Of a DNA stretch of 64,000 nt, positions 47,824-58,346 are shown piece by piece. The DNA is from an uncultured bacterium (GTDB lineage Bacteria > Babelota > Babeliae > Babelales > Babelaceae). The stretch covers positions 480,001 through 544,000 of the forward strand of contig CAWKFG010000004.1 of NCBI GenBank assembly GCA_963848965.1. Direction: 5' to 3'. The translations under genes were made by a program, and so were the position numbers. Under the pieces are notes generated by a model. The model was not told the origin of the DNA and searched no databases. It saw only the letters and a list, made by a program, of their open reading frames with translations. How positions within the stretch are numbered: the first letter of the stretch is position 1; each line of letters begins with the position of its first letter.

Positions 47824-49106
47824 TGTGTAGTGTAAACTGGCTTTTGACGAGCACGTGCCTGTACTTGCTTAAGCCATTTATAGAACACTATTCCTGCAAA
47901 GCCAACTCCTAACGCAGCTCCAACCCGCTTAGACCAAAAATTAAGATTGCTAGATCCTTGAGATGCTTCGCGTGTTGACGTTCTATGAGGCTCTTGCACT
48001 CCTGCAGATGACTCATCTTTATGATGGATCTGTGGTTCCTGAGAGTCTAACACTGGTTCTTGCTGTACCGAAACAGGTTCTGATTGTATTGAACTAGGTT
48101 TCTGTGGTTCAACTTGAGGGACTTCAGGTAATGGAGCATTTTGTACTGGCACAACTTGTGGAGCTACTGCTGGAGCTACAGGATCTGCTGCATGCGCACC
48201 TTGCTCTGCTTGTTGTCTAATAATGCTTGCTACTATAGCAGGTGGAATAATACCTTCTGGACTTGGATTAGGATGAGCATTAATCAGCGACTCAACTGCA
48301 GGATGTACAGAGATAGGTGCAGAAACTTCTATTGATTCTAGCCCACTATGTCTTTGCACAGGAATTGCCACATGCTTTATACCCTGCGCAACTTCTCCAG
48401 CACCACTAGGTCTAGCTGCTGGAACAATATTCTGAGCTAGTTGCATCTCATAAGAAGCCTGTACTTCTGGAGCAGGAGCTTGCGGACGCTCAGGTACATC
48501 TAAATTGTGTGTACTATCTGTAGGCTCTGCTGGTACTATAGGCTGTAAATCAAAAATTGTAGATACTCGCTTTTGAATAGGGTCAGTAACTGATTGTCGT
48601 GTCGCAGTCTCAAAAATCTTTTTTACCTGCTCGTATCCGTTTCTCGTAAAAAGATGGGCTATCGAAAGGTAATTTTTTTGAGGGGGATATAAAGTAACAT
48701 CTGCACCTGATTGTACTAAAAATTTAAAGAGATGTTCATAATTTGAAATATTACATTGCTCTTTTTGACTTTGAAGCGCCCAATAAAGTCCCTTTATAGC
48801 ACAACATATAAGCGTTCCTTTCTCTGGATCAATTGTATTTATTGCATTCGGATCTGGGTTATTTCTAAGAAGCTCTCTTATACAAGCTATATCTCCATTT
48901 TTAGCAGCCTCAAATATAGATACCTTTTTCTTTTCTTTACGAGGTCTATCGCTCCGTACTTGTTGACTGCTTTGCTGTTTTGGGGGTAAGGAATTTTGGG
49001 AAATGCGCGCGCTTCTTCCTGTAGACCTTCCTTCGTTCTCCATCCCAATTACATAACCTTGTATACAGCTTGATAAAGCACCAATAATAAATATTTTTCT
49101 AACCAT
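47820..49106 (-). CDS. Exported protein: short ankyrin-like module, Pro/Gln-rich linker, C-terminal TM anchor
   Basis: Signal ...VIG|MEN; IFEAAKNGD, GTLICCAI; C-terminal VGAALGVGFAGIVFYKWLK. Confidence 0.8.
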   Translation of the reverse strand: MVRKIFIIGALSSCIQGYVIGMENEGRSTGRSARISQNSLPPKQQSSQQVRSDRPRKEKKKVSIFEAAKNGDIACIRELLRNNPDPNAINTIDPEKGTLICCAIKGLYWALQSQKEQCNISNYEHLFKFLVQSGADVTLYPPQKNYLSIAHLFTRNGYEQVKKIFETATRQSVTDPIQKRVSTIFDLQPIVPAEPTDSTHNLDVPERPQAPAPEVQASYEMQLAQNIVPAARPSGAGEVAQGIKHVAIPVQRHSGLESIEVSAPISVHPAVESLINAHPNPSPEGIIPPAIVASIIRQQAEQGAHAADPVAPAVAPQVVPVQNAPLPEVPQVEPQKPSSIQSEPVSVQQEPVLDSQEPQIHHKDESSAGVQEPHRTSTREASQGSSNLNFWSKRVGAALGVGFAGIVFYKWLKQVQARARQKPVYTTH

Positions 49107-49427
49107 TAGTTCCCCATGTGTGTATGTTTTTACTTTATCATTAGCTTATAATAGCTTCTGAATTTCTCATTAAGATCAATAAGTTGCTAAAATTGACTTA
49201 AATCATACCATTTTCCCCCAAGTAGTACAATAACTCTTGCCTACAATGCACTCTCCTTCATTTCTTTATGGTTTGTTGCATCAGCACAGTGTAGATTAAG
49301 AGAGAGTACACGAGCACATATTTTTACTGTTAAAGTAGAGCACCTTGATAGCTTGTACTCTCTAGCACAAAATGCGCCCGCATACTTCTACGCGGGCGCT
49401 TGTCGATACATTACAAAAGCAAAAGTC

Positions 49428-51335
49428 TTATACTCCACCATGAATTGGCTTCTGACGAGCACGTGCTTGTACTTGCTTAAGCCATTTATAGAACACTATT
49501 CCTGCAAAACCAACTCCTAATACGACTCCAATCCGGTTAGACCAAAGGTTTAGATTTCTAGATCCTTGAGAAGCTTCTTGCATTGGCGTTGGACGAGGCT
49601 CTTCAACTCCTGCCGATGCTTCATCCTTATCATGAATATGTGAAGTTTGCATATCAACCACTGGTTCTTGTTGCACAGAAACTGTTGGTAATACATGAGG
49701 TCTTTGTGGTGCCCCCTGTGGCATCTCAGGTAATGGTTCACTATGTACCATTTGTGGAACTACCGGTGGCACTATTGGCTGTACAGCATGTGCACCCTGC
49801 TCTGCCTGTTGTCTTATAATACTTACTACAATAGCAGGAGGAAGAGCACTTTCTGAAACCGCAGATGGACGAGCATCCACTAACTTTGAAACCATCGGAT
49901 GAAGCGATATAGATGCAAAAACTTCTACAGGTTCATTCGGCCTTTGTATAGGAACAATTGGTCTTACAACTTCAAAAGCATTACTTTGAACAATCAGAGC
50001 CTGCTCTTCAAGTACTGGTCTATGTAAGCGCTCAGGTATATCTAAGTTACGCACGCCATTTTCAGGTTGAGTAAATTTTGCCCTTCTTGCAGCCTCAAAG
50101 TCCTCAAAATAAACAGCTTTGCTAACATCTACATGTGACAGATCTACAGAAGCAGAAATATCATTCTGAATAACCGGCATACGATGAGGAGCTTGTATTT
50201 CTGGCACTGAAGTATCTTGATGTATTTGTCTATCTACAGGTAGTAGAAGTTCTGCCGCTGGTAGAGGTACACCCAATGCTCGTTCGGCATCAACACGGTC
50301 CTTAAAATAGAGATTCGTTCTAGCATCGATTTGTCCTGGAAGTATATCTGCAACTATAGGGATGTCTTCCTGCTCTATTAGAGGAAATACCATACTTTGA
50401 GCAAGCAGATGAGGATTATTAACTGCTACAGGCCGTTCCTTTTCAACAAACGGTTTTTTCAGAGTCGATGGTACAGGATCTTGAAATAAACGTTGACAAA
50501 CGGAAGCTCTTCGTTTACTTATTGTAGATTCTGAAGGAGAAAGGATTATACTGTGAGCAGGAGAAGCACAATCATTCTTGCTAGATGATGCCGAAAGATC
50601 TTGGTCTCCTAAAAATTGTGATCGTGCAAGATCTGTTTTTTGTTCTGCTTTATTCTCTTTATTATTACCATTTTCAAGCTTTTGTTCTACCCATGAACTC
50701 TTTGAAGCTGAATTTTGTGCTTGTGCCTTATCATCATCTAGTAGTACAAACTCCTCTACATCTTTTTCTACGCTTAATGTTTTGCAAAACAATTCTTTTA
50801 TTTCTCGATAATGACCTGGCCACTGAAGGAGTTGGAGCACGCTTACTGGTGGTGGCTTATGAGGTCTGGTCTTCTTAGATACTAATTTTATATCTGCTTT
50901 TCGCTCAATTAATAATTGAAAGAGGGCTTTATATCTTTCTAGAGGAATAGGCCTATTATTAACTTTAGCTAAAACAGCGCCATGAATAGCGCAATGCAAA
51001 AGTGTATTACCATGGCTGTTAAATTTATTTATTGCATCTGGATGTTCATCTAAATATTTTTTCACTTTTTCTACTTCACCTTGAGCTGCTAGTTGAAATG
51101 AAGAAAGCTCTTTATCTACCTGTGGAGAAGAAGGAGATTCTACAGGAGACTGAACTTCGGCAGAAAAGGAGGCTTTTTTTCTTTTTTTCTTTTTAGGATG
51201 AGGGGTATCTACTCTTGGCTGCACTAAACTTTGATGGGGAGAAAGTTGCTCACCGTTACCTGCTGGTTGCATACCAAACAGTGCTTGAGAGAGCCCGCTT
51301 AGTAAACAAATAAAAAGTACCCTTTTATATGCCAT
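49428..51335 (-). CDS. Longer paralog of 47820-49106
   Basis: ATG at 51335 after GGAGG; GNTLLHCAI; KKKKRKK; near-identical C-terminal LGVGFAGIVFYKWLKQVQARARQKP. Confidence 0.8.
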   Translation of the reverse strand: MAYKRVLFICLLSGLSQALFGMQPAGNGEQLSPHQSLVQPRVDTPHPKKKKRKKASFSAEVQSPVESPSSPQVDKELSSFQLAAQGEVEKVKKYLDEHPDAINKFNSHGNTLLHCAIHGAVLAKVNNRPIPLERYKALFQLLIERKADIKLVSKKTRPHKPPPVSVLQLLQWPGHYREIKELFCKTLSVEKDVEEFVLLDDDKAQAQNSASKSSWVEQKLENGNNKENKAEQKTDLARSQFLGDQDLSASSSKNDCASPAHSIILSPSESTISKRRASVCQRLFQDPVPSTLKKPFVEKERPVAVNNPHLLAQSMVFPLIEQEDIPIVADILPGQIDARTNLYFKDRVDAERALGVPLPAAELLLPVDRQIHQDTSVPEIQAPHRMPVIQNDISASVDLSHVDVSKAVYFEDFEAARRAKFTQPENGVRNLDIPERLHRPVLEEQALIVQSNAFEVVRPIVPIQRPNEPVEVFASISLHPMVSKLVDARPSAVSESALPPAIVVSIIRQQAEQGAHAVQPIVPPVVPQMVHSEPLPEMPQGAPQRPHVLPTVSVQQEPVVDMQTSHIHDKDEASAGVEEPRPTPMQEASQGSRNLNLWSNRIGVVLGVGFAGIVFYKWLKQVQARARQKPIHGGV

Positions 51336-51759
51336 ATGCCCCTCCGGAAATAAGAAAGATAAGAATTTTTTTCTCAACTTTCCTTAGTATGCCATAGGAT
51401 CGTAAACTTTACTACTGTTACCGAAAGAATGTTTTTTTAGCAGTATTGCCTAATTAAGAAAAATCTTTATACTATGTCAATAGCTATAACTCGGCACAAA
51501 AGAGTTAGCTACATCCTTTTGCTAGGATTTTAAAAAAATTTATAGTAATCCCTTGATTTTTTTCTCAAGAAACAATAGCATAGTCCTAGCTAGGAAGGAA
51601 TTGTAGTAATGAAGCCCTTGCAGTTTCTTCTTATGCTCTCTTATAAAAACACCTTTCCAGAAGGCATTTTATCACTTTCATTATGGAAAAAATTAAATTT
51701 TAGAAAGTGCTGAAACCTACAAAAAGTGTATTTCCTTACCAGAGCTTTAAATTATTATT

Positions 51760-52473
51760 TTATATCGGAAGCCATCTTCTTAGCTCTCTCCACAAAGATT
51801 GTAGACCTTTTGTGTCAAGACCTCTGTTTACCGTCTCTGACCGATATGCTCCTTGGGGACCACTTATTAAAAGAGACCGAGTCTTAAGTACTTCAAACTG
51901 TTTAAGATATTGTTCTGCAATACGTTTATTATCAATAATAAGAACATTTTCTTGATTTCGTGTTGTAGCACGCACTGTAAAATTATATGATCCAGTCCAT
52001 ACAATAGTTTTGTTCATGATATTATCTTCAAAAACACAAAACTTATTGTGCATTAAAGAAGCTTCTCTATCAGCTCCTGTTTGATAGACCCACACAGGAA
52101 TCTTATCATTTGCAAGAAGCGACACTTTACTATATCTATCACCACCATAACCAGGATCTACTACACATTCAACACGTACACCCCGCTTGTGTGCACTTAC
52201 AAATGCTTGTGCTATATCTTTATAAGTAAGCGTATAAATAGCAACACAAATACGTTTCTTTTCTGCAGCAATAAGACTTATTAAAAGTGATTTAATATCA
52301 TCATCAGGCGCAAAAAATGCCTTTGCAATGTTTTGATTTTCATCAACAAGTGTTTTTATCAAATACTGTTCAGGATCTTGAGCTTTATGAATGATATAAG
52401 CAATAGTACCAAATCCTGCTAGTACAAGACAAAACACTCCTACAAGAATAAGTCTACGAAAAAGGGAAATCAT
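51760..52473 (-). CDS. Single-HKD phospholipase D/nuclease (Nuc/Zucchini-like) with N-terminal TM anchor
   Basis: MHNKFCVFED..VWTGSYNFT..A..NQEN. Confidence 0.9.
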   Translation of the reverse strand: MISLFRRLILVGVFCLVLAGFGTIAYIIHKAQDPEQYLIKTLVDENQNIAKAFFAPDDDIKSLLISLIAAEKKRICVAIYTLTYKDIAQAFVSAHKRGVRVECVVDPGYGGDRYSKVSLLANDKIPVWVYQTGADREASLMHNKFCVFEDNIMNKTIVWTGSYNFTVRATTRNQENVLIIDNKRIAEQYLKQFEVLKTRSLLISGPQGAYRSETVNRGLDTKGLQSLWRELRRWLPI

Positions 52474-52564
52474 AGTTTTTTCCTTACCAATACTTCCAAG
52501 CATAATATATAAAAGTAGTGTACCGTCTTTAAGACCTTGCAATCAACAATTGCTGCTACTCAAA

Positions 52565-55285
52565 TTAAAACTTCCAACGCATCTCTACTTCACCTGAAAG
52601 CGTTCCTTTATCATCCTTAGTAGCTTTTATGCTTACATCATCTGAGATGCTATACTCTACTTCAACTTGTGTATCATCTGAAAAATTAAGATTATTCTGT
52701 ACTTTTGCTCGTAATCGATCGTTAACGTCAATCTCTAAAGCTCCTTGGAACCCTTTACCCTCTGCAGTTTTGTCGCTCAACGTAGGAATAATACGCACGC
52801 TTTTAAGAGGTTTAAGCATACCTTTTAGATAACGCTGCACTTTTGATGAATTTTCATCTGATCCAAAGAGCAAGCTTTCCATATTTTGCATTATCATATT
52901 TGGCATCACAAGATACAGGCTTCCTTCTTCAGAGCCTGAAAGTAAAAGTGTGATAATCTGCTCTTCCTGCAAGCTTGGTGAAGAGTCAAACGTAATTTTT
53001 GGCTGCTGCAACGATCCTGAAGCATGTAAACTTACCGTATACTTTTTAATTTTATTTTTCGCATGTAATTCAATAGAAGGATCATCAAGCTGATGTGGCA
53101 TAAGATGAATCTTGCCACTTGTTATATACAGCGGTTTATAAGGAAATCCAAGCGATCCTTCAAAAAGCTCAATAACTCCTGAAAGTTCCGGATTAAAAAG
53201 AGTTCCTCTAAGCGCACTATGAACATGTGCTTTTGTTTCAAGAAACGGTGTTTTTACCTCAAGTGGATTACGTGTGTTGAGCTCTATATTAAGATGCACA
53301 TCTTTCTTATATGAAGTTAGTGAGCGTACAGTACCCCCTACAAAATTACGTTGCACTTGTGAAGAGAGAAGGTTACTTCTAAAAGTCGATTTTTCAAGTA
53401 GTATATGTCCCGTACATTCAGAGGCACCGTTCTTATTATAGGTACCAGTAACAGCTCCTGAAAGAAGTCCAAAAAAATCTTTCTGCCAACTTACAAAACA
53501 ATTAAAAAGAGTAAGCGGCACATGGGCATACACAAGCTCTCCATCCTGAGAAAAGGTAAGAGTACTACAAAGCGATCGAGCTCTTCCCTTGTGAAGATAT
53601 ACAATAAGATCTTTCATAAGCACTGTATTATGCAATAAATCGACTTTTATTTCAGTTTGCGCTCCTTTTACAATATTATAAGTATAAGGTACGCGAATAT
53701 TACTGTTTTTAAACGTTATATGACCTGTAAGAACTTTAGATTCATAGTCCCCTTTAACATCTACTTGCCCCTCTCCTGGTAATTCATAGCCATACAGAGC
53801 CTTGACAAAAGATTTTATAGCGCTGTATTCAAGAGTCCCTTCAAGCACCTCTTTTCTCTTAAGCTCTATGAGCGTTTTACCTGTAGTATCTTTATAGTGC
53901 AGTGCTGTAAGTTTTTGTTTCTCACTATCTCCACTAACAATATAGGTACCTGAAGCATGTTTTCCTTCAAGAGAAAAATGATTCCCTTTTAAGTGCCCTG
54001 TTCCTGAAAGCATATGCTTACCTAATTGTGGATGAGATAGCTCTACTGTATAGCGAGTAGAAAGATCAGTATCATGCATATCTATATACCACTGTGATCT
54101 TCTTTGCTCAACACGCACCGAGCATGGCAACTGAATCGGCTGTGTAAGCATAAACTCACCAGTAAAATGCTTTTCTGCAAACGTATAGTTCCATGACCCA
54201 TTACAAGAAACATTGTATGCTTCACCTAACTCTACACTTCCCTGCGCTTGTGCACTATCTCCTTGCGCTATAAGGGTACATTTTTTGATCGGTACTTCTT
54301 TGTAAAGTATATTTTCAGCAAAGCAGCTTCCTGAATACTGTAACTTCCCTGCTTGATATACTATATGGCTTGAAAAAGAGCTATCTCCTTGTGCCTGTTG
54401 TAATGCCGAATCTAAAGAAAAAAGCTGAGCAAACACAGGCAGAGCTCCTTGTGCTTGTATATCAAAATCCCATTTACCATTATGATACTCCATATGTATT
54501 ACCTTGGCGTGTATTAAACGATCGTTATGATAAAACTCTCCAGAACCACTACCATTCTTATACGTGCCAAAACAGATAATTCGTTTCTGAGTAAGATTAA
54601 GGTAAGGAATATCGGCTGCAAGATGAAATTTAACTCCTATATTTCGAGGTTGTGCATCTGGTATATCGAGCGTACAGGTACCTGAAATTTTTTGAGCATA
54701 TGCAACTCCTTTTTGCTTAATAAGACCATCTACACAAAAGAAGTTTGTAGAAACTGCTGCTTCACGATTTGAAGTTGTGCTTGAGAAAAGCAGAGTAAGC
54801 TCTCGTGCTGTCTCTTTTTCATAAGCCTTTAAAGAAGCTTTTTGCACAATACACTGCTTAAGCTTTAAAGGAACAGATGATGGCGCATTTATCAAAGCCA
54901 TAAAAGGCTCATTAATTGCAAGCGCAGAATCCTTTATCTCTGATTCAACTGCCGGCTGATAAAAGGTTATATTCGTAGAAAAGAGAGAGTGCATAAGAAA
55001 GCTAAACCAGGAAAAGTGGACACTCATAAGCGGACAGGTAAACGACCACCTTCCTTGTGGATCTTCTGCTTTAATATTCTCAAAAAAGACCTCTCCTGCC
55101 AAAAGATTAATCTTTTTAATAGTGCAGAGAAAGGGAGCACGAATAATTTCGCTAAAGCTATCTCTTAATGTATGCTCAAGCTTCGTTCTGAGCCATACAT
55201 CTTGCTCAAGGATAATAAAAGCACAGAATAACCCTAATAAAAGGGCTCCATGAACTCGCACAATAACTTTAAGATATCTTTTCAC
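52565..55285 (-). CDS. tamB: Translocation and assembly module TamB-like protein
   Basis: N-terminal TM, beta-rich body, C-terminal 'LRGTL.NPEL.G', 'GSLQQPKITFDSSPSL..EQII.LL' and terminal RWKF. Confidence 0.8.
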   Translation of the reverse strand: MKRYLKVIVRVHGALLLGLFCAFIILEQDVWLRTKLEHTLRDSFSEIIRAPFLCTIKKINLLAGEVFFENIKAEDPQGRWSFTCPLMSVHFSWFSFLMHSLFSTNITFYQPAVESEIKDSALAINEPFMALINAPSSVPLKLKQCIVQKASLKAYEKETARELTLLFSSTTSNREAAVSTNFFCVDGLIKQKGVAYAQKISGTCTLDIPDAQPRNIGVKFHLAADIPYLNLTQKRIICFGTYKNGSGSGEFYHNDRLIHAKVIHMEYHNGKWDFDIQAQGALPVFAQLFSLDSALQQAQGDSSFSSHIVYQAGKLQYSGSCFAENILYKEVPIKKCTLIAQGDSAQAQGSVELGEAYNVSCNGSWNYTFAEKHFTGEFMLTQPIQLPCSVRVEQRRSQWYIDMHDTDLSTRYTVELSHPQLGKHMLSGTGHLKGNHFSLEGKHASGTYIVSGDSEKQKLTALHYKDTTGKTLIELKRKEVLEGTLEYSAIKSFVKALYGYELPGEGQVDVKGDYESKVLTGHITFKNSNIRVPYTYNIVKGAQTEIKVDLLHNTVLMKDLIVYLHKGRARSLCSTLTFSQDGELVYAHVPLTLFNCFVSWQKDFFGLLSGAVTGTYNKNGASECTGHILLEKSTFRSNLLSSQVQRNFVGGTVRSLTSYKKDVHLNIELNTRNPLEVKTPFLETKAHVHSALRGTLFNPELSGVIELFEGSLGFPYKPLYITSGKIHLMPHQLDDPSIELHAKNKIKKYTVSLHASGSLQQPKITFDSSPSLQEEQIITLLLSGSEEGSLYLVMPNMIMQNMESLLFGSDENSSKVQRYLKGMLKPLKSVRIIPTLSDKTAEGKGFQGALEIDVNDRLRAKVQNNLNFSDDTQVEVEYSISDDVSIKATKDDKGTLSGEVEMRWKF

Positions 55286-55593
55286 ATTTGTAACCGATCT
55301 ATAAAAAACACCTACTATTCTAGTGTAAAGGAAAGGGGAAAATTGAGCAAAAGCAATAAAAATGAGGAGGATGTACTTACTCCTGATTCAACAAAAACTT
55401 AAAACTAATAATTATGTGCTTATGATTGTTATCTCCTTGATTTGTTCACGTCCAAGATAGTACGAAGCACCCATAAAAGTTATAATTACACTATCTATTG
55501 TGCATGTTCAACAGGATTCTTTTTTGACTAAATTAACAAATTTAACTACAATAAACAATAAATTATTTCATGTTAGTAAAAATTGGGTATGCT

Positions 55594-57723
55594 ATGTATT
55601 TTTTTAACAAACAAAACGTTCTCTTATCTATCTTATCTCTTTGCGCATTATGGAACATACGTGCAATGGAAGTAGAAAAAACTCGTGACGAACCTATGAC
55701 CTTAGTTGAGGCTCTGAAAAGCCGTAATCTTAGCAAGGCACAATTTTTCTTACAGCAAAGTGCTGATATTAATACGCCAGACGAGCAAGGTCAAACTCCT
55801 TTAATGCTTGCTGCTCAATGGGGAGAAGATTCCTTAGTAAAAAGTCTTATAGCACAAGGGGCACATGTAAACGATAAAGATATGTGTAAGGCCTCCGCCT
55901 TGCTAAAAGCAGCAGAACAAGGTCATAAAGATATAGTAGAGGTACTTATAGCTCATGATGCTGAAATTAATACTCAAGATATGTGGGGTAATACAGCACT
56001 ATTATTGGCTACAAAAAATGACTGTGAAAGTGTAGTAACTACCCTTTTACAAGCAGGAGCAAATAGCACCATAAAAAATGCACTTGGACACACTGCCCTT
56101 TTAGAAGCAATAATAAGAAAGCGGAACAATATTAGAAGAAGAATTAAAGGAGGTACATTAGGAGAACTACTTATCGCTCATGGCGCAAATGTTAATGCTC
56201 AAGATAACAAGGGCCGCTCTGCTCTCATGGTCTCCAGTCAAGATAATGATGTAAAGCTCGTTATTAAGCTACTCAATGCAGGAGCATCCCTCTCTTTACA
56301 AGACAACGAACAACGAGATGTTTTCTTTTATGCTTGTCATAATGCCCTTATTACACGTTTATTAACTTCTTGGGTACATAAAGAGCATCCAGAAAAAGTG
56401 CTTATGCATATAGCACAAGAGGGAAACTACCAACAAGTACTTCAGCTCATACAAGCAGGAGTAAGCATACGAGAACTTATACACTCAGAAGAAGGATTAA
56501 AAGCCCTTTTTGCAGCAACTACTTATAACAATCGCTTCCACTTAGGACAACTTCTCATTAATGCAGGATTTAGTGCAGAAGACCTCTATGAATTTGCTCG
56601 AATACACAACTATACTGAGATACTACCGTCCGTTACACCACCCTTTTCGCATGAAAAATGGGGCTACCTTACACGGTTACCACAAGAGCTACGATATGAA
56701 CTTTCTTATTACTTACAACCGCCTTCTTACCGTATTACACAGATCAATCAAAAATATTTGCAAGCAGCTCTTGATGTCATTTCTTTAGTGATTCATTCAA
56801 AACAGTATGCTCTTTTTAATGCTATTCTAGCTGGAAATCAAGAAGCCTTAAATACCAGTGCTCAATTTTTTGAACTTTTGACATATGCAGCTCTTTTAGG
56901 AAATCACGATGCAGTTAAGTTACTTTTAAAGCGTACTAACAACCTTGATGCAGCCACTAACTCCATACTCACACCACTTATTGCTGCAAGCGCTGAAGGA
57001 CACTCAGATATAGTAAAGACGCTCATAGATGCAGGAGCTGATGTTAATGTAGGAAATTACCAAGGTAATACAGCTTTCACCTATGCAACAGAATTTGGCC
57101 ATACTACTTGTATAAATCTTCTTAAGGCGCATATCATTGACAATAATCATCATACTACCTCTGCTCTACCTCCTTTACTTTCTATTTCAGAACTTATAAA
57201 AACCCCTGGATTTTTACAGTATGTAGAGCACCTTGAAATTTATCTAAACATTGATAAATCTTTTGAGAGAACCAAGCGTACTGCCGAGGGTGCACAGAAA
57301 GGGGTAAACACTCTACTTAAAAGAGAAGCCATAAGCAAACAGACAGTGCTTATGTGGGCCTGTATGTTTGGTCATACACAAATAGTACAATCGCTGCTTA
57401 AGCGAGGGGTTCCTCAATGGTATATTAATGCCCAGGATAAATATGGTCGTACAGCACTTATGTATGCTATACTCTTTGGAAGAGCTGATATTGTGAAAGA
57501 ACTTTTACCTTATTGTGGAAATGGCGCTAACCTTAAGGACTTTACTTATAACAGCGCTCTTATTTATGCAATAAGAACAGAAAACATGCGTATAATAGAG
57601 GAACTTTTAAGGGGACGAGTAAAAGTCTCTGTACAAGCACTTAAGCTTGCAGCCCAGATGGAAAATAATATCGCTACTATTTTAGTTTTCCGTCATTTAG
57701 GATTACCACGCATATTTTTCTAA
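55594..57723 (+). CDS. Exported ankyrin-repeat protein with internal F-box-like motif
   Basis: Signal ...IRA|MEV; many ankyrin repeats; YLTRLPQELRYELSYYL. Confidence 0.9.
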   Translation: MYFFNKQNVLLSILSLCALWNIRAMEVEKTRDEPMTLVEALKSRNLSKAQFFLQQSADINTPDEQGQTPLMLAAQWGEDSLVKSLIAQGAHVNDKDMCKASALLKAAEQGHKDIVEVLIAHDAEINTQDMWGNTALLLATKNDCESVVTTLLQAGANSTIKNALGHTALLEAIIRKRNNIRRRIKGGTLGELLIAHGANVNAQDNKGRSALMVSSQDNDVKLVIKLLNAGASLSLQDNEQRDVFFYACHNALITRLLTSWVHKEHPEKVLMHIAQEGNYQQVLQLIQAGVSIRELIHSEEGLKALFAATTYNNRFHLGQLLINAGFSAEDLYEFARIHNYTEILPSVTPPFSHEKWGYLTRLPQELRYELSYYLQPPSYRITQINQKYLQAALDVISLVIHSKQYALFNAILAGNQEALNTSAQFFELLTYAALLGNHDAVKLLLKRTNNLDAATNSILTPLIAASAEGHSDIVKTLIDAGADVNVGNYQGNTAFTYATEFGHTTCINLLKAHIIDNNHHTTSALPPLLSISELIKTPGFLQYVEHLEIYLNIDKSFERTKRTAEGAQKGVNTLLKREAISKQTVLMWACMFGHTQIVQSLLKRGVPQWYINAQDKYGRTALMYAILFGRADIVKELLPYCGNGANLKDFTYNSALIYAIRTENMRIIEELLRGRVKVSVQALKLAAQMENNIATILVFRHLGLPRIFF

Positions 57724-57851
57724 TGTGCTTTGCTCAGTAGACTATTCTTTTGAGAAAGATTCTTACTAGCGCCAAGAACAGTAAATTTTGCTGTTCTTGT
57801 AGTTATTCCTGTATTATAAACCTGCCTTGTAAGAGCTCATCACAACAAGTG

Positions 57852-58346
57852 CTACTCAAGCAGTATCCATCTATTTTTATAGGTATAGCGGCGAAGGTAA
57901 GGAACCTGAGAAATACCTGATGTAAGTGCATACAAACAAGAATGTTTATGATCTGTTAAATACACTGCACCAGAGCTTATAGTACCATCAGGATAGAAAA
58001 TAGCTTTATGTTCTACAAATGTTATAGAATCTTTAAGAGTATATACAGCATCTGAAGGTGGTCCTTTGACATCCTTTCGAATACCAAAGCGTACAGCTGG
58101 AGTAAGCTTAGTGCATTGTGTATCAGCAGTATAGCTATGCTCTTTAAGATTGAACGTGAGAACTTTTTGTTTCTGCTCACTACAAGCTCGTGCCTGCACG
58201 TAAAGCATGCAAGCACGTAATTTTTCTAGCTCTGCTCGTACATAAGCAGTATCTGTTACCCTTATAAATGAGAGTGAAAAAGCAGTGATAATACTAAACA
58301 GCATTATTACTACAAGAACTTCAAAAAGAGCAAATCCCCATCTCAC
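57852..58346 (-). CDS. Type II secretion pseudopilin (GspH/FimT-like)
   Basis: Prepilin motif G|FALFE plus hydrophobic helix; IFYPDG motif; overlaps the gspE stop. Confidence 0.85.
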   Translation of the reverse strand: MRWGFALFEVLVVIMLFSIITAFSLSFIRVTDTAYVRAELEKLRACMLYVQARACSEQKQKVLTFNLKEHSYTADTQCTKLTPAVRFGIRKDVKGPPSDAVYTLKDSITFVEHKAIFYPDGTISSGAVYLTDHKHSCLYALTSGISQVPYLRRYTYKNRWILLE

